The position numbers were made by a program, and so were the translations under genes. The notes beneath the pieces were generated by a model, which did no database searches, had not been told where the DNA came from, and saw nothing but the letters and a program-made list of their open reading frames with translations. From Gaiellaceae bacterium (GTDB taxonomy: Bacteria > Actinomycetota > Thermoleophilia > Gaiellales > Gaiellaceae): a DNA stretch of 64,000 nucleotides. Positions 45,259 through 54,556 of the stretch are shown piece by piece. Location: the NCBI GenBank assembly GCA_045806225.1, contig JBJMJS010000132.1, positions 150 to 64,149 of the forward strand, in the 5' to 3' direction. Position 1 is the stretch's first letter. Each line of letters starts with the position of its first letter.

Positions 45259-46137
45259 ATGGGTCTCGATCCCGAAACCGAGCAGCGAATCGAACAGCCC
45301 GTCTCGGCAGAGGCGGAGCGCGAGACGCGGCTGACGCCGGCGCAAGCGGTCGCGCAGATGCGGATCAACGTGCCGGTCCGCGGCAACCGGAAGCTCCGGC
45401 GGATTCTCGAGCGTGTCAACGACGACGCGCAGCTGAAGGCGTGGTGGCACGCGGCGAACGTGAACGCCGTCGCGCGGATGCGGATCAACGACCACTCGTG
45501 GGTTCACGTGCAGATCGTCTCCAACATCGCGCTGAAGCTGCTCCGGCAGCTGACGAAGCACCACGTCGAGCCGTCGGTCGTGACCGACTACGGCTTCGAG
45601 CCGGAAGACGCCGAGGTCGTCGTCCTGCTCGGCGCGCTCACGCACTGCATCGGCATGGCCGTCCACCGCGACGGCCACGAGGACTTCAGCCTCTTCCTCG
45701 CCGAGCCCAAGCTCCGCGAGCTGCTGGCCGGAATCTACGACGAGCCGGACCTGACCGTGATCACCGTCGAGGTGCTCCAGGCGATCACGAGCCATCGCGA
45801 CTACGGAAAGCCGTTGACGCTCGAAGCCGGAATCGTCCGCGTCGCCGACGCGCTCGACATGGAGCAGGGACGCTCGCGCATCCCGTTCGCGCGCGGGTCG
45901 ATCTCGATCCACTCGCTGTCGGCCGCCGCGATCGAGGACGTCGCGATCAAGGACGGTGCCGAACGACCGATCCTGATCGAGATCACGATGAACAACTCGT
46001 CCGGCATCTACCAGGTCGACGGGCTGCTGAAGGCGAAGCTGCAGGGCTCGGGCCTCGAGCCGTACGTCGAGGTGGTCGCGCACATCGACACCGAAGCGGA
46101 GAAGAAGCTCGTACCGATCTACCGGCTCGAGACCTGA
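45259..46137 (+). CDS. HD-domain metal-dependent phosphohydrolase
   Basis: 292 aa from the ATG at 45259. NDHSWVHVQIV, LTHCIGMAVHRDGHEDF and RVADALDM motifs. Confidence 0.7.
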   Translation: MGLDPETEQRIEQPVSAEAERETRLTPAQAVAQMRINVPVRGNRKLRRILERVNDDAQLKAWWHAANVNAVARMRINDHSWVHVQIVSNIALKLLRQLTKHHVEPSVVTDYGFEPEDAEVVVLLGALTHCIGMAVHRDGHEDFSLFLAEPKLRELLAGIYDEPDLTVITVEVLQAITSHRDYGKPLTLEAGIVRVADALDMEQGRSRIPFARGSISIHSLSAAAIEDVAIKDGAERPILIEITMNNSSGIYQVDGLLKAKLQGSGLEPYVEVVAHIDTEAEKKLVPIYRLET

Positions 46138-46156
46138 TTCCGGCCGCAAGACGCCG

Positions 46157-46468
46157 TCAGACGCGGCACCAGCGGACGAGCTCGCGCACGATCGGCTTGA
46201 GTCGCTCACCCTGGCGCGTCATCCGGTATTCGACCGCCGGCGGCCGAGAGTCGAGCACGCGACGCTCGAGCACGCCCGCCTCGACGAGGTCGTTCAACCG
46301 GGCGGTCAGCGTCGCAGGCGGGACGCGGCCGAGCGCGTCGCGGAACTCGTTGAAACGCTCGGCGCCCTCGACCGACGCGTAGAGGATCGAGAGCGTCCAA
46401 CGGCGCTCGAGGAGGCCCGCCGCACGGCGAACCTCCTCGGGAACCGGATCACAGCGCCTGCAGCGCAC
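46157..46468 (-). CDS. HxlR-family winged-helix transcriptional regulator
   Basis: 103 aa. N-terminal Cys (RCDPV), LLERRWTLSILYA, RFNEF, VEYRMTRQG. Overlaps the 3' end of lon by 20 nt. Confidence 0.8.
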   Translation of the reverse strand: MRCRRCDPVPEEVRRAAGLLERRWTLSILYASVEGAERFNEFRDALGRVPPATLTARLNDLVEAGVLERRVLDSRPPAVEYRMTRQGERLKPIVRELVRWCRV

Positions 46469-48749
46469 GATCCTGAGCCTGCTCCAGTGCGACGTCGAGC
46501 ACCTCGCCGACGCTCATCACCGGGTGGAACGTCAACGCCTCCCGCACGTCCTCCGGGACATCGTCGAGATCGCCCCGGTTGCGCTCGGGGATGATCACGT
46601 CGGTCAACCCCGCGGCGTGCGCGGCGAGCACTTTCTGCTTGAGCCCGCCGATCGGGAGGACCCGCCCCTGCAACGTCACCTCGCCGGTCATCGCGACCGT
46701 GTGCTTCACCGGCCGACCGGTCAAGAGCGATGCGAGGGCCGTCGTCATCGCGATCCCCGCACTCGGCCCGTCCTTCGGAATCGCCCCGGCCGGCACGTGC
46801 ACGTGGTACGAGCGACGGCGTAGCTCGTCGTCCTCGATCCCGAGGTCGTCGGCGTGCGCGCGCACCCAGGAGAGCGCGATCTGCGCGGACTCCTTCATCA
46901 CGTCGCCGAGTTGTCCGGTGAGCACCAGCCGCTCCTCGCCGTCCATTCGCGTCGCCTCGATGAAGAGGACGTCGCCGCCGGTACCCGTGACCGCGAGACC
47001 GGTCGCCACGCCTGGCACAGCGGTCCGTTCGGCCGCCTCCTGCCAGAACCGCTGCCGTCCGAGCGCGTCGCGGACGAGCGCCTCGTCGACGACGACCGGC
47101 GGAGACGCGTCACCGGACGCGATCCGCGTTGCCGTTTTCCGCAGGAGCTTGCCGAGCTCGCGCTCGAGCTGTCGAACGCCTGCCTCGCGGGTGTATTCGG
47201 TCACGACCGTCTGCAGCTCCGCGTCGTCGATCTCGACCTCGTCTTCGCGCAGGCCGTTGCGTTCGCGCTGCCGCGGCCAGAGGTAGCCGCGTGCGATCGC
47301 GACCTTCTCGTCGACGGTGTAGCCGTCGAAGCGAATGACCTCCATGCGGTCGAGCAGCGGACCCGGGATTGTCTCGGCGATGTTCGCGGTCGCGATGAAC
47401 ACGACCTGCGACAGGTCGAGCTCGACGTCGAGGTAGTGGTCGCGGAAGGAGTGGTTCTGCGCCGGGTCGAGCACCTCGAGCAGCGCCGCCGACGGGTCGC
47501 CCCGCCAGTCCGCGCCGACCTTGTCGACCTCGTCGAGCATGATCACGGGGTTCATCGTCCCGGCGTCGCGCAGCGCCCGCACGAGCCGTCCCGGCAGCGC
47601 GCCGATGTACGTGCGCCGATGGCCGCGGATCTCCGCCTCGTCGCGGACGCCGCCGAGCGACATGCGCACGAACTCACGGTTGAGCGCGCGCGCGATCGAC
47701 TCGCCGATCGACGTCTTTCCGGTGCCGGGCGGCCCGATCAGTGTGAGGATCGCGCCGGAGCGCTTGTCGTCGGCGATGCCACGCTCTTCGCGCAGCTTTC
47801 GGACCGCCAGGTATTCGACGATGCGTTCCTTGACGTCGTCGAGACCCGCATGGTCCGCGTCGAGGATCTCGCGCGCGAGCTTCGGGTCGAGGCGCTCGTC
47901 GGACGTCGCGCCCCACGGAACGGCGAGCAGCCAGTCGAGGTAACTCCGGATCATCGACGCCTCTCCCGAGGCGTCGCCCATGCGCTCGAAGCGGCCGAGC
48001 TCGCGCTCGGCCTGCTCGCGCACGGCGTCCGGCATGTCGGCGTCCTCGATCTTTCGGCGGTACTCGTCGACGACCGAGCCTTCGTCCTCGCCGAGCTCCT
48101 TCCGGATCGAGTCGAGCTGCTTGCGCAGGAAATACTCGCGCTGCTGCTTCTGCGCGCCTGACTCGACGTCGTCGCGAATCCGCCGGCGAACCTGCAGCTC
48201 GGCAAGCCGGTCACGCTGCAGCGACAGCGCAAGCTCGAGCCGCTCGACGACGTCGAGCGTCTCGAGCAGCTGCATGCGCTGCTCGAAGCTCAGGTCCGGC
48301 GAGTAGGCGCACGTGTCGGCGAGCGAGCCGGCGTCCGTTACGGAGCGCAGGAACGCGCCGATCCGTGGATCCGCGTCGCGCAACTCGAGGATCTCCTCGA
48401 CGACGGCGCGATACTCGGTTTCGAGCTCGCGCGTCTTCGCCGGCGCCGGAGCGTCGTCAGGGCGCTCCTCCACCTCGACGTAGAGGCGTCCGCCCGCACC
48501 GGTCTCGGCGGCGTGCAGGAGCGCGCGATGCCGACCGCTCAGCGTCACGACGGTCGCGCCGCCCGGCATCCGTCCGCTCTCGACGACGTCGGCGATCGTC
48601 CCGACCTTTGCGTAGGCGCCTTCGTGCCGCGGCACGAGGAGCACGACGCTCTCACCGGCCGCGTCGAGCGGGAGCGTCACAGTCATATTGGGAAAGACGA
48701 CGGTGTCGTCCAGAGGAATGAGGAGGTATTTCTCCACGTCTAGCTTCAC
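46449..48749 (-). CDS. lon: ATP-dependent Lon protease (endopeptidase La)
   Basis: 766 aa. LLIPLDDTVVFPNM, Walker A GPPGTGKTS, MLDEVDK, and the protease catalytic region PKDGPSAGIAMTTAL. Confidence 0.95.
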   Translation of the reverse strand: MKLDVEKYLLIPLDDTVVFPNMTVTLPLDAAGESVVLLVPRHEGAYAKVGTIADVVESGRMPGGATVVTLSGRHRALLHAAETGAGGRLYVEVEERPDDAPAPAKTRELETEYRAVVEEILELRDADPRIGAFLRSVTDAGSLADTCAYSPDLSFEQRMQLLETLDVVERLELALSLQRDRLAELQVRRRIRDDVESGAQKQQREYFLRKQLDSIRKELGEDEGSVVDEYRRKIEDADMPDAVREQAERELGRFERMGDASGEASMIRSYLDWLLAVPWGATSDERLDPKLAREILDADHAGLDDVKERIVEYLAVRKLREERGIADDKRSGAILTLIGPPGTGKTSIGESIARALNREFVRMSLGGVRDEAEIRGHRRTYIGALPGRLVRALRDAGTMNPVIMLDEVDKVGADWRGDPSAALLEVLDPAQNHSFRDHYLDVELDLSQVVFIATANIAETIPGPLLDRMEVIRFDGYTVDEKVAIARGYLWPRQRERNGLREDEVEIDDAELQTVVTEYTREAGVRQLERELGKLLRKTATRIASGDASPPVVVDEALVRDALGRQRFWQEAAERTAVPGVATGLAVTGTGGDVLFIEATRMDGEERLVLTGQLGDVMKESAQIALSWVRAHADDLGIEDDELRRRSYHVHVPAGAIPKDGPSAGIAMTTALASLLTGRPVKHTVAMTGEVTLQGRVLPIGGLKQKVLAAHAAGLTDVIIPERNRGDLDDVPEDVREALTFHPVMSVGEVLDVALEQAQDRALQAL

Positions 48750-48775
48750 TCTCCTGAGTTGGTCTTACAGCAATA

Positions 48776-48798
48776 CTAGCTACAGGAATTGAAGCTAG
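48776..48798. promoter_or_regulatory. Inverted repeat CTAGCT-N11-AGCTAG in the AT-richer lon upstream region
   Basis: Read directly. A third CTAGCT copy lies at 48740-45, inside the first lon codons. A TAGTAT (TANNNT) element on the lon strand lies ~23 nt upstream of the GTG. Confidence 0.25.
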
Positions 48799-48957
48799 GC
48801 CGAGCGGGGACGATGGTCTCCACGTGGCAGGAGCCACAATCCCCCTTTTGGGGGTAGGCCGTTCGGCCCAGCGACCGATGACGGAGGTGCAGAGGACCAT
48901 ACGAGGGGGGATCTGGGGTGCCGCAGCCCACGGATTCCCGGCTCTCTGCCTTCCCCC

Positions 48958-48991
48958 GGAGGGCGGTGCTGCCTCGGCGGTGCCGCCCTCC
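48958..48991 (-). terminator. Strong GC hairpin 17 nt downstream of the stop of the 49008..49823 gene
   Basis: GGAGGGCGG (48958-66) pairs with CCGCCCTCC (48983-91): a 9-bp stem with a 16-nt loop. Further hairpins lie downstream: CCCCC-tttt-GGGGG (48841-54) and GGCCG-tt-CGGCC (48857-68). Confidence 0.4.
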
Positions 48992-49007
48992 CCCGACGCT
49001 GCCGGCG

Positions 49008-49823
49008 TCAGCGACCGTTCGCGGCTGCCGCCGCCGCGCGACTGACGGTGAACGTCGCGTCGACGACCGGCTTCGCAGCCGCGGAAGCAGGGAGCGCTCG
49101 AACGACCCAGCGGTAGACGCCGGCCCGGAAGCGGAACCCCCGCGGCAGGACGAGCCGCGCGCTCGCCGGGCGTCCGTCGAATACGGCATGTCCGTTCAGG
49201 AAGAAGGTCACCCGGTACCGCGCGGCCCCCGCCCGAGGCGCCCACGACCACGTGCGGCTCGGGACGAACCCGGCATGGCTTTTCGCCGTCGCAGGTTTCG
49301 CGCCGGCGGCGCGCTTCGGCTTGACGGCCGTCGTCTTGCGTCGCCGGGCGGCGGGTGGCGCCGCAGCCGCTCGCGTCGTCGTCCTCGCAGTCGCCTGGCG
49401 CGTCTTCGTTCGGCGCGTTTGGCGTTCGTGCGCGACGGTGGACCCCGATACGGTCGACGAGGCCGCCGTGCCGCGCGGCGCCTGCACCGGCACCACGGCT
49501 GCAGCGGTCGTGCGGCCGTGCCCACGCGTCGCGGCGACGTAGCCTCCGGCGCCAATTGCTGCAGCGAGGACGAGCCCGGCCGCGAGCGCGAGCCGGCGCC
49601 GACGGCTGCCGCCCCGGCGCGGCGCCGCGGCATCGTCGGCGGAAACACGGGGATATGGAGGCGGCGTCGGCCGTGCCGCGTCGGTGTCTGAGACGCGTGC
49701 TTCCGGCTCCCACGGGTGCTCCGGGAGCGCATCGCGTTGACGGCGAGCTTCCTCCGCGGTCGAGACGAGGACGAGCTCCGGGCTGACGGGATCGTGCGCG
49801 TCGTCCGTGCGGCCGGAGGTCAC
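49008..49823 (-). CDS. Hypothetical membrane-anchored protein
   Basis: 271 aa with high third-position GC. One TM (LALAAGLVLAAAIGAGGYV), a basic T/A/R-rich linker and a C-terminal ~90-aa beta-rich domain (RTWSWAPRAGAARYRVTFFLNGHAVFDG...YRWVVRALP). Confidence 0.5.
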   Translation of the reverse strand: MTSGRTDDAHDPVSPELVLVSTAEEARRQRDALPEHPWEPEARVSDTDAARPTPPPYPRVSADDAAAPRRGGSRRRRLALAAGLVLAAAIGAGGYVAATRGHGRTTAAAVVPVQAPRGTAASSTVSGSTVAHERQTRRTKTRQATARTTTRAAAAPPAARRRKTTAVKPKRAAGAKPATAKSHAGFVPSRTWSWAPRAGAARYRVTFFLNGHAVFDGRPASARLVLPRGFRFRAGVYRWVVRALPASAAAKPVVDATFTVSRAAAAAANGR

Positions 49824-49855
49824 GGCTGTCGAACATACCGTGAGAAGATCCGCCG

Positions 49856-50761
49856 ATGATCGACGTCGCTGTCCTCGGGCGTGTGGGAATCGACCTCTAT
49901 CCGAATGAATTGCGCACGCCGCTGCGTGACGTGAGGACGTACACCCGGTTCGTCGGCGGCTTCGCGGGCAACGTCGCCACCGGCCTCGCGCGCCTCGGCC
50001 TCAGACCGGCGATCGTGTCGCGCGTCGGCCCGGACCCCCACGGCGATTTCGTACGCGCGTTCCTCTCGGGGGAAGGTGTCGACGTGCGCTTCCTCGCCGT
50101 GGACGAACGCCTGATGACGCCACCGACCTTCTGCGAGGTGTGGCCGCCGGACCGATTCCCGATCACGTTCTACCGCTATCCGACGGCACCGGACTGGCAG
50201 CTGCAGCCGAGCGAATTCGACGTCGACGAGGTCGCGGAGACGCCGTTCCTGCTCGCGACCGGCACGGGCCTCGCGCAGTCCCCGAGCCGGGAGACGACGC
50301 TTGCGGCGCTGGCGGCGCACACCGGGACGACGATCTTCGACCTCGACTGGCGGCCGTCGTTGTGGGAGGACCCGGACGAGTACCCCCAGCTCGTCCGCGA
50401 GGCGCTCGTACACGCCGACATCGTGATCGGGAACGAGGAGGAGGTACAGGCTGCCGCGGGCTCGCCCTCCGCGCTGCTCGAGCACGGCGTGCAGACGCTC
50501 GTTGTGAAGCGCGGCGAGCACGGCGCGCTCCTGATGAGCGGTGAGCAGGAAGTCGCGGTCGCAGGCCGGCCGGTCGACGTCGTCAACGGGCTCGGCGCAG
50601 GCGACGCCTTCGCCGCCGCATTCACGCATGCACTGCACCGCGGGCTCTCGACCGACGAGGCGGTCCGCCGGGGCAACGTCGCCGGCGCGCTCGTCGCGGC
50701 GCGGCTCGCGTGCTCGGAGGCGATGCCCCGCCTGGAAGAGCTCGACGAGGCGATGTCGTGA
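49856..50761 (+). CDS. iolC: 5-dehydro-2-deoxygluconokinase (PfkB family)
   Basis: 301 aa. VLGRVGIDLYPNE, FVGGFAGNVATGLARLG, ITFYRYPTAPDWQL, C-terminal GAGDAFAAAF. Confidence 0.8.
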   Translation: MIDVAVLGRVGIDLYPNELRTPLRDVRTYTRFVGGFAGNVATGLARLGLRPAIVSRVGPDPHGDFVRAFLSGEGVDVRFLAVDERLMTPPTFCEVWPPDRFPITFYRYPTAPDWQLQPSEFDVDEVAETPFLLATGTGLAQSPSRETTLAALAAHTGTTIFDLDWRPSLWEDPDEYPQLVREALVHADIVIGNEEEVQAAAGSPSALLEHGVQTLVVKRGEHGALLMSGEQEVAVAGRPVDVVNGLGAGDAFAAAFTHALHRGLSTDEAVRRGNVAGALVAARLACSEAMPRLEELDEAMS

Positions 50762-51597
50762 CGACGCTGCTCCTGCGCGACGGCGACTGGGACGCCGTCA
50801 CTCCCGAGGTCGCGGACTGGCGATACCTGTCGTTCCGCATCGAGGAGCTCGTCGAGGGCATGCCGCGCGCCCGCACCACCGGTGAGGAGGAGATCGCGCT
50901 CGTCGTCCTCGGCGGCACATGCGTCGTCGAGAGCGACGGCGAGCGCTACGAGCTGCAGGGACGCACCGACGTTTTCGCAGGCATGCCGTGGGCGCTCTAC
51001 CTGCCGCGCGACCGCGACTACGTCCTCGACGGATCGGGCGAGGTCGCCGTCTGCGGCGCGCTTGCGGACGAGGTGTTCGAGCCGCAGCTGATCACGCCCG
51101 CCGACGTCGAGATCGAGACGCGCGGGTCGGGCAATGCGACGCGACAGATCAACCACATCGTCAAACCGGAGTTCCCCGCGCAGCGGCTGCTCGTCGTCGA
51201 GGTGTACACGCCGTCCGGAAACTGGTCGAGCTATCCGCCGCACAAGCACGACGAGGACCGCCCGCCGGACGAGGTGGTCCTCGAAGAGGTCTACTACTAC
51301 CGCGAGCAGTCCGAGCCCGACGGTGCGTTCGCGGTGCAGCGGCTCTACAGCCCGAGGCACGGGATCGACGTCACCGAGACGGTGCGCGACGGCGACATCA
51401 TGCTCGTCCCGCACGGCTACCACACGACGTGCGCCGCGCAGGGATACGACCTCTACTACCTCAACGCGCTCGCGGGCGACCGCCGCTCGATGGCAGCGGC
51501 GGACGACCCGTCGCTCGCATGGATCCGCGGGGCGTGGTCGGAGCTCGAGCTCGATCCACGCGTCCCGCTGGTCACGCAGGACGGGCGGCGCGAGTGA
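50758..51597 (+). CDS. iolB: 5-deoxy-glucuronate isomerase
   Basis: 279 aa from a GTG overlapping the iolC stop (GTGA). The hallmark sequence is GNWSSYPPHKHDEDRPPDEVVLEEVYYY. Confidence 0.88.
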   Translation: MTTLLLRDGDWDAVTPEVADWRYLSFRIEELVEGMPRARTTGEEEIALVVLGGTCVVESDGERYELQGRTDVFAGMPWALYLPRDRDYVLDGSGEVAVCGALADEVFEPQLITPADVEIETRGSGNATRQINHIVKPEFPAQRLLVVEVYTPSGNWSSYPPHKHDEDRPPDEVVLEEVYYYREQSEPDGAFAVQRLYSPRHGIDVTETVRDGDIMLVPHGYHTTCAAQGYDLYYLNALAGDRRSMAAADDPSLAWIRGAWSELELDPRVPLVTQDGRRE

Positions 51598-52505
51598 GGT
51601 CGCTCCGCGTCGCGAACGCGCCGTGCAGCTACGGCGCCTTCGAGATCACGGTCGGCGTCCTCCCCGACGTCCCGCCGCCCGAGACGGTGCTCGACGCGAT
51701 CGCCGAGGCCGGGTACGCCGGAACCGAGCTCGGCCCTCCCGGGTACCTCGGCGACGCCGACACGCTGCGCGATCGCTTCGCGCAGCGCAGCCTCGAGCTC
51801 GTGGGCGGCTACATCCCCGTGCGCTTCAGCGAGCCGGAGCACTGGCCGGACGACCGCGACGCGATGGCGCGCACCCTCGACCTGTTCGCGGCCGCGGACG
51901 GAACGGGAGCGAAGGCCGTGCTCGCGGACGGCGGCTCGGAGCTCCGAACGCGTTTCCCCGGCCGCGCGGCGAGCGATCGGTCGATCGGCCTCGACGAGGC
52001 CGGCTGGCGCAGGCTCGCCGACGGCGTCGCACGGGCGTCGGAGCTCGCGCGCTCGCGCGGCTTCGAGCCGACGTTCCACCACCACACCGCGACGCACGTC
52101 GAGGCGCCGTGGGAGATCGAGCGCCTCCTCGAGCTCACCGACGTGCCGCTGTTGCTGGACACGGGGCACCTCGCGCTGGGCGGCGGCGATCCGACGGAGG
52201 CGATCCGTGCATGGGGCGAGCGCATCAACCACCTACACGTGAAGGACGTCCGGCGCGACGTCCTCGACGGCGTGATCGCCGACGGCGCCGACATGCCGGA
52301 GGCGTGGCGCCGGGGCGTCTTCTGCGAGCTCGGCCGCGGCGACGTCGACCTCGGCGCGTTCTTCGACGCGCTCGGCGACTCGCGCTACGACGGTTGGATC
52401 GTGGTCGAGCAGGACATGGTTCCCGAATCGCCCGCGCAGGCCGCCGACGCGGTCGCGGCGCAGATCCGGAACCGCACGTGGCTGACGCGCGAGCTCGGCG
52501 TCTAG
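51594..52505 (+). CDS. Xylose isomerase-like TIM-barrel protein (IolE-type inosose dehydratase candidate)
   Basis: 303 aa from a GTG overlapping the iolB stop (GTGA). AEAGYAGTELGPPGY, FHHHTATHVE, DTGHL, HLHVKD, WIVVEQD. The iolE position fits by context, but the subfamily was not verified. Confidence 0.65.
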   Translation: MRSLRVANAPCSYGAFEITVGVLPDVPPPETVLDAIAEAGYAGTELGPPGYLGDADTLRDRFAQRSLELVGGYIPVRFSEPEHWPDDRDAMARTLDLFAAADGTGAKAVLADGGSELRTRFPGRAASDRSIGLDEAGWRRLADGVARASELARSRGFEPTFHHHTATHVEAPWEIERLLELTDVPLLLDTGHLALGGGDPTEAIRAWGERINHLHVKDVRRDVLDGVIADGADMPEAWRRGVFCELGRGDVDLGAFFDALGDSRYDGWIVVEQDMVPESPAQAADAVAAQIRNRTWLTRELGV

Positions 52506-52507
52506 GC

Positions 52508-53488
52508 CTACCCGAGCGCCCGCGTCCACGCGAGATCGCGCGCAGCGATCGGCAGGATGATCCGCGTACGCCGGCGCGTCAGGACGATTGCTCCATTGCG
52601 CGCGGTGGCGAGCCAGCGCTCGTCGGGTGACCACGTAACAGCGTCACCGCGAAGCCGCTGCGCCTGCGGCAGCGTCGGCCGGCGGGCGTCGTAGACGACG
52701 ACTCCGGCCTTCGTCCGCATGACGAGGAACGTCCCGCGCGGGCTCGCACGTACCTCCCGGGCTGCGCGCGGGACGTCCAACCTCAGGGCCGCGACCTGCC
52801 TGCCGGCGAGCACCGCGAGCGCCGTGCGGGATCCTGCGATCGCGACGACCGCGCAGCGTGTCGGGCCGAGCCAGGCGATCGTGCGTACGCGAAACGGCTT
52901 CGAATGCGGAACGCCCGTCGCGCGCGCGAGCATGCCCGCGAGCTGGGCGCGCGGCCGCAGCACCTGCGCACGGCCGGTCCGAGGGAACTGCACGATCGCG
53001 CCGCGCCGCACATACGTCATCGAGCCGTCCGACCGCCACGCCGGCGCGCACCCGCCGATCATCGGGAGCGCAGGGCCGGCGCTCGCCGTGACGACGACAC
53101 GCGTGCCGTCGCAGCTTGCAGCAAGCGGCGTGTCGCGCGGCCACAACGACCACCCCGGCGGCGCCGACGCCGGCGAGACGACTGCGCGGCAGCCGCCGCC
53201 GCGCGGCGCCGGTGCCGCGGCGAGGGACGGGAGCCGGACCGCCTCGAGCTCGCAGCGCTGGTCGACGAAGTACAGGACACCTTGCAAACCGGCCCGGCGC
53301 AGGCGGCCGACGAGCTGCTGTCGCTGCGGCACGAGGAGGCCGCCGACCGGTGCAGCCGTCCGCGCGGGGACGCTTTGCGTCGGGCGCGTGCGCGACGAGC
53401 CGTGGCGTACCGAATCAACGACCGCCGCACCTACGACACCGACGACCGCCGCGCCGAGGAGAAGCGCCCGTGGGCTCGGTCGCCGCAT
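52508..53488 (-). CDS. Hypothetical secreted/anchored protein
   Basis: 326 aa from the ATG at 53488 (ATGA overlap with the iolG stop). Signal/anchor MRRPSPRALLLGAAVVGVVGAAVV, several Cys, and C-terminal WSPDERWLA (a WD/Tol-like repeat hint). Confidence 0.5.
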   Translation of the reverse strand: MRRPSPRALLLGAAVVGVVGAAVVDSVRHGSSRTRPTQSVPARTAAPVGGLLVPQRQQLVGRLRRAGLQGVLYFVDQRCELEAVRLPSLAAAPAPRGGGCRAVVSPASAPPGWSLWPRDTPLAASCDGTRVVVTASAGPALPMIGGCAPAWRSDGSMTYVRRGAIVQFPRTGRAQVLRPRAQLAGMLARATGVPHSKPFRVRTIAWLGPTRCAVVAIAGSRTALAVLAGRQVAALRLDVPRAAREVRASPRGTFLVMRTKAGVVVYDARRPTLPQAQRLRGDAVTWSPDERWLATARNGAIVLTRRRTRIILPIAARDLAWTRALG

Positions 53489-54510
53489 CACGGCCAAGGC
53501 CAATCCTCGCCGACCGAGCGCGCCGACCCGGCGACCGCGCTCGCCCGTGCAGCGACGCCTGCGGCGACGGCGCGCCGGTCGTCGGCGAGCGTCGGCTGGG
53601 CCGGTCGTTCGCCGAGACACGCGCCCACGAACGCTTCGAGCTCCCGCTCATACGCGCGCTGGAATCGTGCCCGATAGTCGGCCGGGAACCGATCGGCGTG
53701 GGTCGCGTCGAGGACGGCGTCGGCGCCGTCACCCGCCCCGCGAACGAAGACCGAGCCTTTGCTCCCGACCACCTCGCAGCGGACGTCGTGGCCGAATGTG
53801 CACGTCCGCGACACGTGCGTGACCGCAATCCCGCCCCGCCCGAATCGGATCGTGACGACGGCGTTGTCGAGATCGGCCGCGTCGAGCAACCCCGGATACA
53901 CGAGCGCCTGACGCGTCGCGACGACCTCGACGGGCTCGTCGTCGAAGAACCAACACGCCGTGTCGTAGTCGTGCGACGCCATGTCGAGCAGGAAGCCGCC
54001 CGTGTCGCGGGGATCCTCGTCCTCGGGCCATTCCATGTCGCGGCTCGTCATGACGACGACGAGGGGCGTCCCGACCTCGCCGCCGGCGACGCGGCGATGG
54101 GCGTCCACGAACCCGTCGTCGAACCGGCGCATATATCCGATCTGGACGACCTGATCCGGGCGCCGAGCGCTCTCTGCCCGGAGCGCGTCATGGCCGGCGA
54201 GGGTCGTCGCGCCCGGCTTTTCGAGGAAGAGGTGCTTGCCGCCGCGCAGGACCTCCAGCGCGACCGTCGCGTGATCGACGGATCGGGCGGCGAGGACGAT
54301 CGCCTCGACGTCGCTCCGCGAGCAGAGCTCCGGGTACGTGCAGGCATCGACGCCGAGGTCGCCGGCGACCTCCGAGGCGCGCCCCGGCCGGGCGGCCGCC
54401 ACGGCGACGAGCTCGCAGCCGCCGAGCCGCGCGAGGGTCGTCGCGTGCAGCGTTCCCATCCCGCCCAGGCCGGCGACGCCGATGCGGACAGGAGTCAACC
54501 CTCTTGACAC
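53488..54510 (-). CDS. iolG: myo-Inositol 2-dehydrogenase-like Gfo/Idh/MocA oxidoreductase
   Basis: ORF 53488..54711. The real start is probably the GTG at ~54510 or the TTG at ~54498 (LTPVRIGVAGLGGMGTLHA). LFLEKP and QVGYMRRFDDGF resemble the B. subtilis IolG sequence QVGFMRRYDSGY. Confidence 0.75.
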   Translation of the reverse strand: MSRGLTPVRIGVAGLGGMGTLHATTLARLGGCELVAVAAARPGRASEVAGDLGVDACTYPELCSRSDVEAIVLAARSVDHATVALEVLRGGKHLFLEKPGATTLAGHDALRAESARRPDQVVQIGYMRRFDDGFVDAHRRVAGGEVGTPLVVVMTSRDMEWPEDEDPRDTGGFLLDMASHDYDTACWFFDDEPVEVVATRQALVYPGLLDAADLDNAVVTIRFGRGGIAVTHVSRTCTFGHDVRCEVVGSKGSVFVRGAGDGADAVLDATHADRFPADYRARFQRAYERELEAFVGACLGERPAQPTLADDRRAVAAGVAARASAVAGSARSVGEDWPWP

Positions 54511-54536
54511 CGCGGAACCGAGTATGTCAGCGTCGG

Positions 54537-54556
54537 AATCGCTTGCGCAATCGATT
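54537..54556. promoter_or_regulatory. 20-bp near-perfect palindrome AATCGCTTGCGCAATCGATT: candidate LacI-family operator
   Basis: 18 of 20 positions are self-complementary, with a perfect TTGCGCAA core. It lies in the divergent iolG / LacI-regulator control region and overlaps the probable regulator start. Confidence 0.5.

Noticed and set aside
45251-45280. A GGGTTCGATGGGTCTCGATCCCGAA string reminiscent of a tRNA T-arm.
   Set aside because: No acceptor, D or anticodon arms can be drawn around it. It is the first codons (MGLDPETE) of the HD-domain gene.
48750-48830. CIRCE or HAIR heat-shock operators upstream of lon.
   Set aside because: Only a partial ACTCAGG half-site is present, and no inverted partner lies at the right spacing.
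48824-49045. The 73-aa plus-strand ORF and the 137-aa minus-strand ORF in the lon upstream region.
   Set aside because: Both have low third-position GC relative to real genes here and compositions shaped by the hairpin sequences. They also overlap the 3' end of the 49008..49823 gene, and neither shows any family resemblance.
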